Source of the DNA: an uncultured Thermoleophilaceae bacterium | GTDB taxonomy: Bacteria > Actinomycetota > Thermoleophilia > Solirubrobacterales > Thermoleophilaceae | NCBI GenBank assembly: GCA_964629855.1 | Contig: CAZVRI010000003.1 | Location: 24,039-88,038, forward strand | Reading direction: 5' to 3' | DNA: 64,000 bases | The notes under the pieces: generated by a model | The model's database searches: none | The model's input: the letters and a program-made list of their open reading frames with translations, nothing else | What the model was told of the DNA's origin: nothing | Made by a program: the position numbers and the translations under genes | Shown here: in pieces, positions 63,756 to 64,000 of the stretch | How the letters are laid out: each line of letters begins with the position of its first letter | How positions within the stretch are numbered: position 1 is the stretch's first letter

Positions 63756-64000
63756 GCCGCCGCCCCTCCGGCCGCCTTCGCCCGCGTCCGCTCCAGCCAT
63801 CCGTCGAGTCGGTCGAGGCCGGCAGCCAGCTGCGGCGTCGCGACGCCGAGACGCAGGAAGCCCTCACTCTCGTAACAGACGCTTCCCGGCGCGAGCAGGA
63901 CGCCGGTGTCGTGGACGAGCTGGGCACAGAAGTCGAGCGTCGGCATGTCGCGCAGCAAGCGCGGGAAGAAGAGTCCGCCCGCGGGCGGCGCCGCCAGCTC
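63752..64000 (-). CDS. PLP-dependent aminotransferase, C-terminal part (gene starts beyond the right edge)
   Basis: The C-terminal sequence ...FCAQLVHDTGVLLAPGSVCYESEGFLRLGVATP...L is typical of a class I/II aminotransferase end. The frame stays open to the window edge. Confidence 0.6.
   Translation of the reverse strand, partial: ELAAPPAGGLFFPRLLRDMPTLDFCAQLVHDTGVLLAPGSVCYESEGFLRLGVATPQLAAGLDRLDGWLERTRAKAAGGAAA

Overview
Visibly high-GC (roughly 70% by eye), very gene-dense chromosomal segment of an actinobacterium-type genome. The protein styles suggest a Thermoleophilia/Solirubrobacterales-like organism, but this is unverified. I call about 62 protein genes. Many are translationally coupled by ATGA/GTGA/TGATG overlaps. 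Real genes stand out from the many long antisense ORFs by recognisable families and G/C-ending codons.

Housekeeping genes I recognise: methylmalonyl-CoA epimerase, an FtsH-like protease, M20 peptidase, gabD-type aldehyde dehydrogenase, fumC, ileS, trxA, 4-OT tautomerase, polyprenol-P-mannose synthase, an SDR, PolX, otsB, dapF, a PAC2 protein, and a UvrD-like helicase-nuclease.

Accessory or unusual content:
1. A tRNA-like gene whose two halves form a textbook cloverleaf only if a 120-nt insertion in the D-loop is removed. It lies directly upstream of, and is co-oriented with, a truncated LeuRS paralog that lacks the HIGH and KMSKS motifs and the editing domain.
2. A promoter-to-hairpin unit in a 464-bp gene-free gap, which is a candidate sRNA of about 300 nt.
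3. A six-cysteine secreted protein family (three intact copies and one decayed copy) in two tandem pairs. The pairs bracket a plus-strand block of giant NHL/PD40/repeat-module surface proteins.
4. A cluster of five TetR genes, including two duplicated (two-HTH) TetRs and one copy without an HTH.
5. An NHEJ operon (ligD PE-Lig, ku, ligD-Pol) interrupted by an MBOAT/AlgJ-like O-acyltransferase pair.
6. A TauE/SafE exporter encoded as two half-genes coupled to a STAS gene.

I saw no rRNA, CRISPR array, transposase or integrase. All family assignments come from motif recognition by eye, not from database searches.
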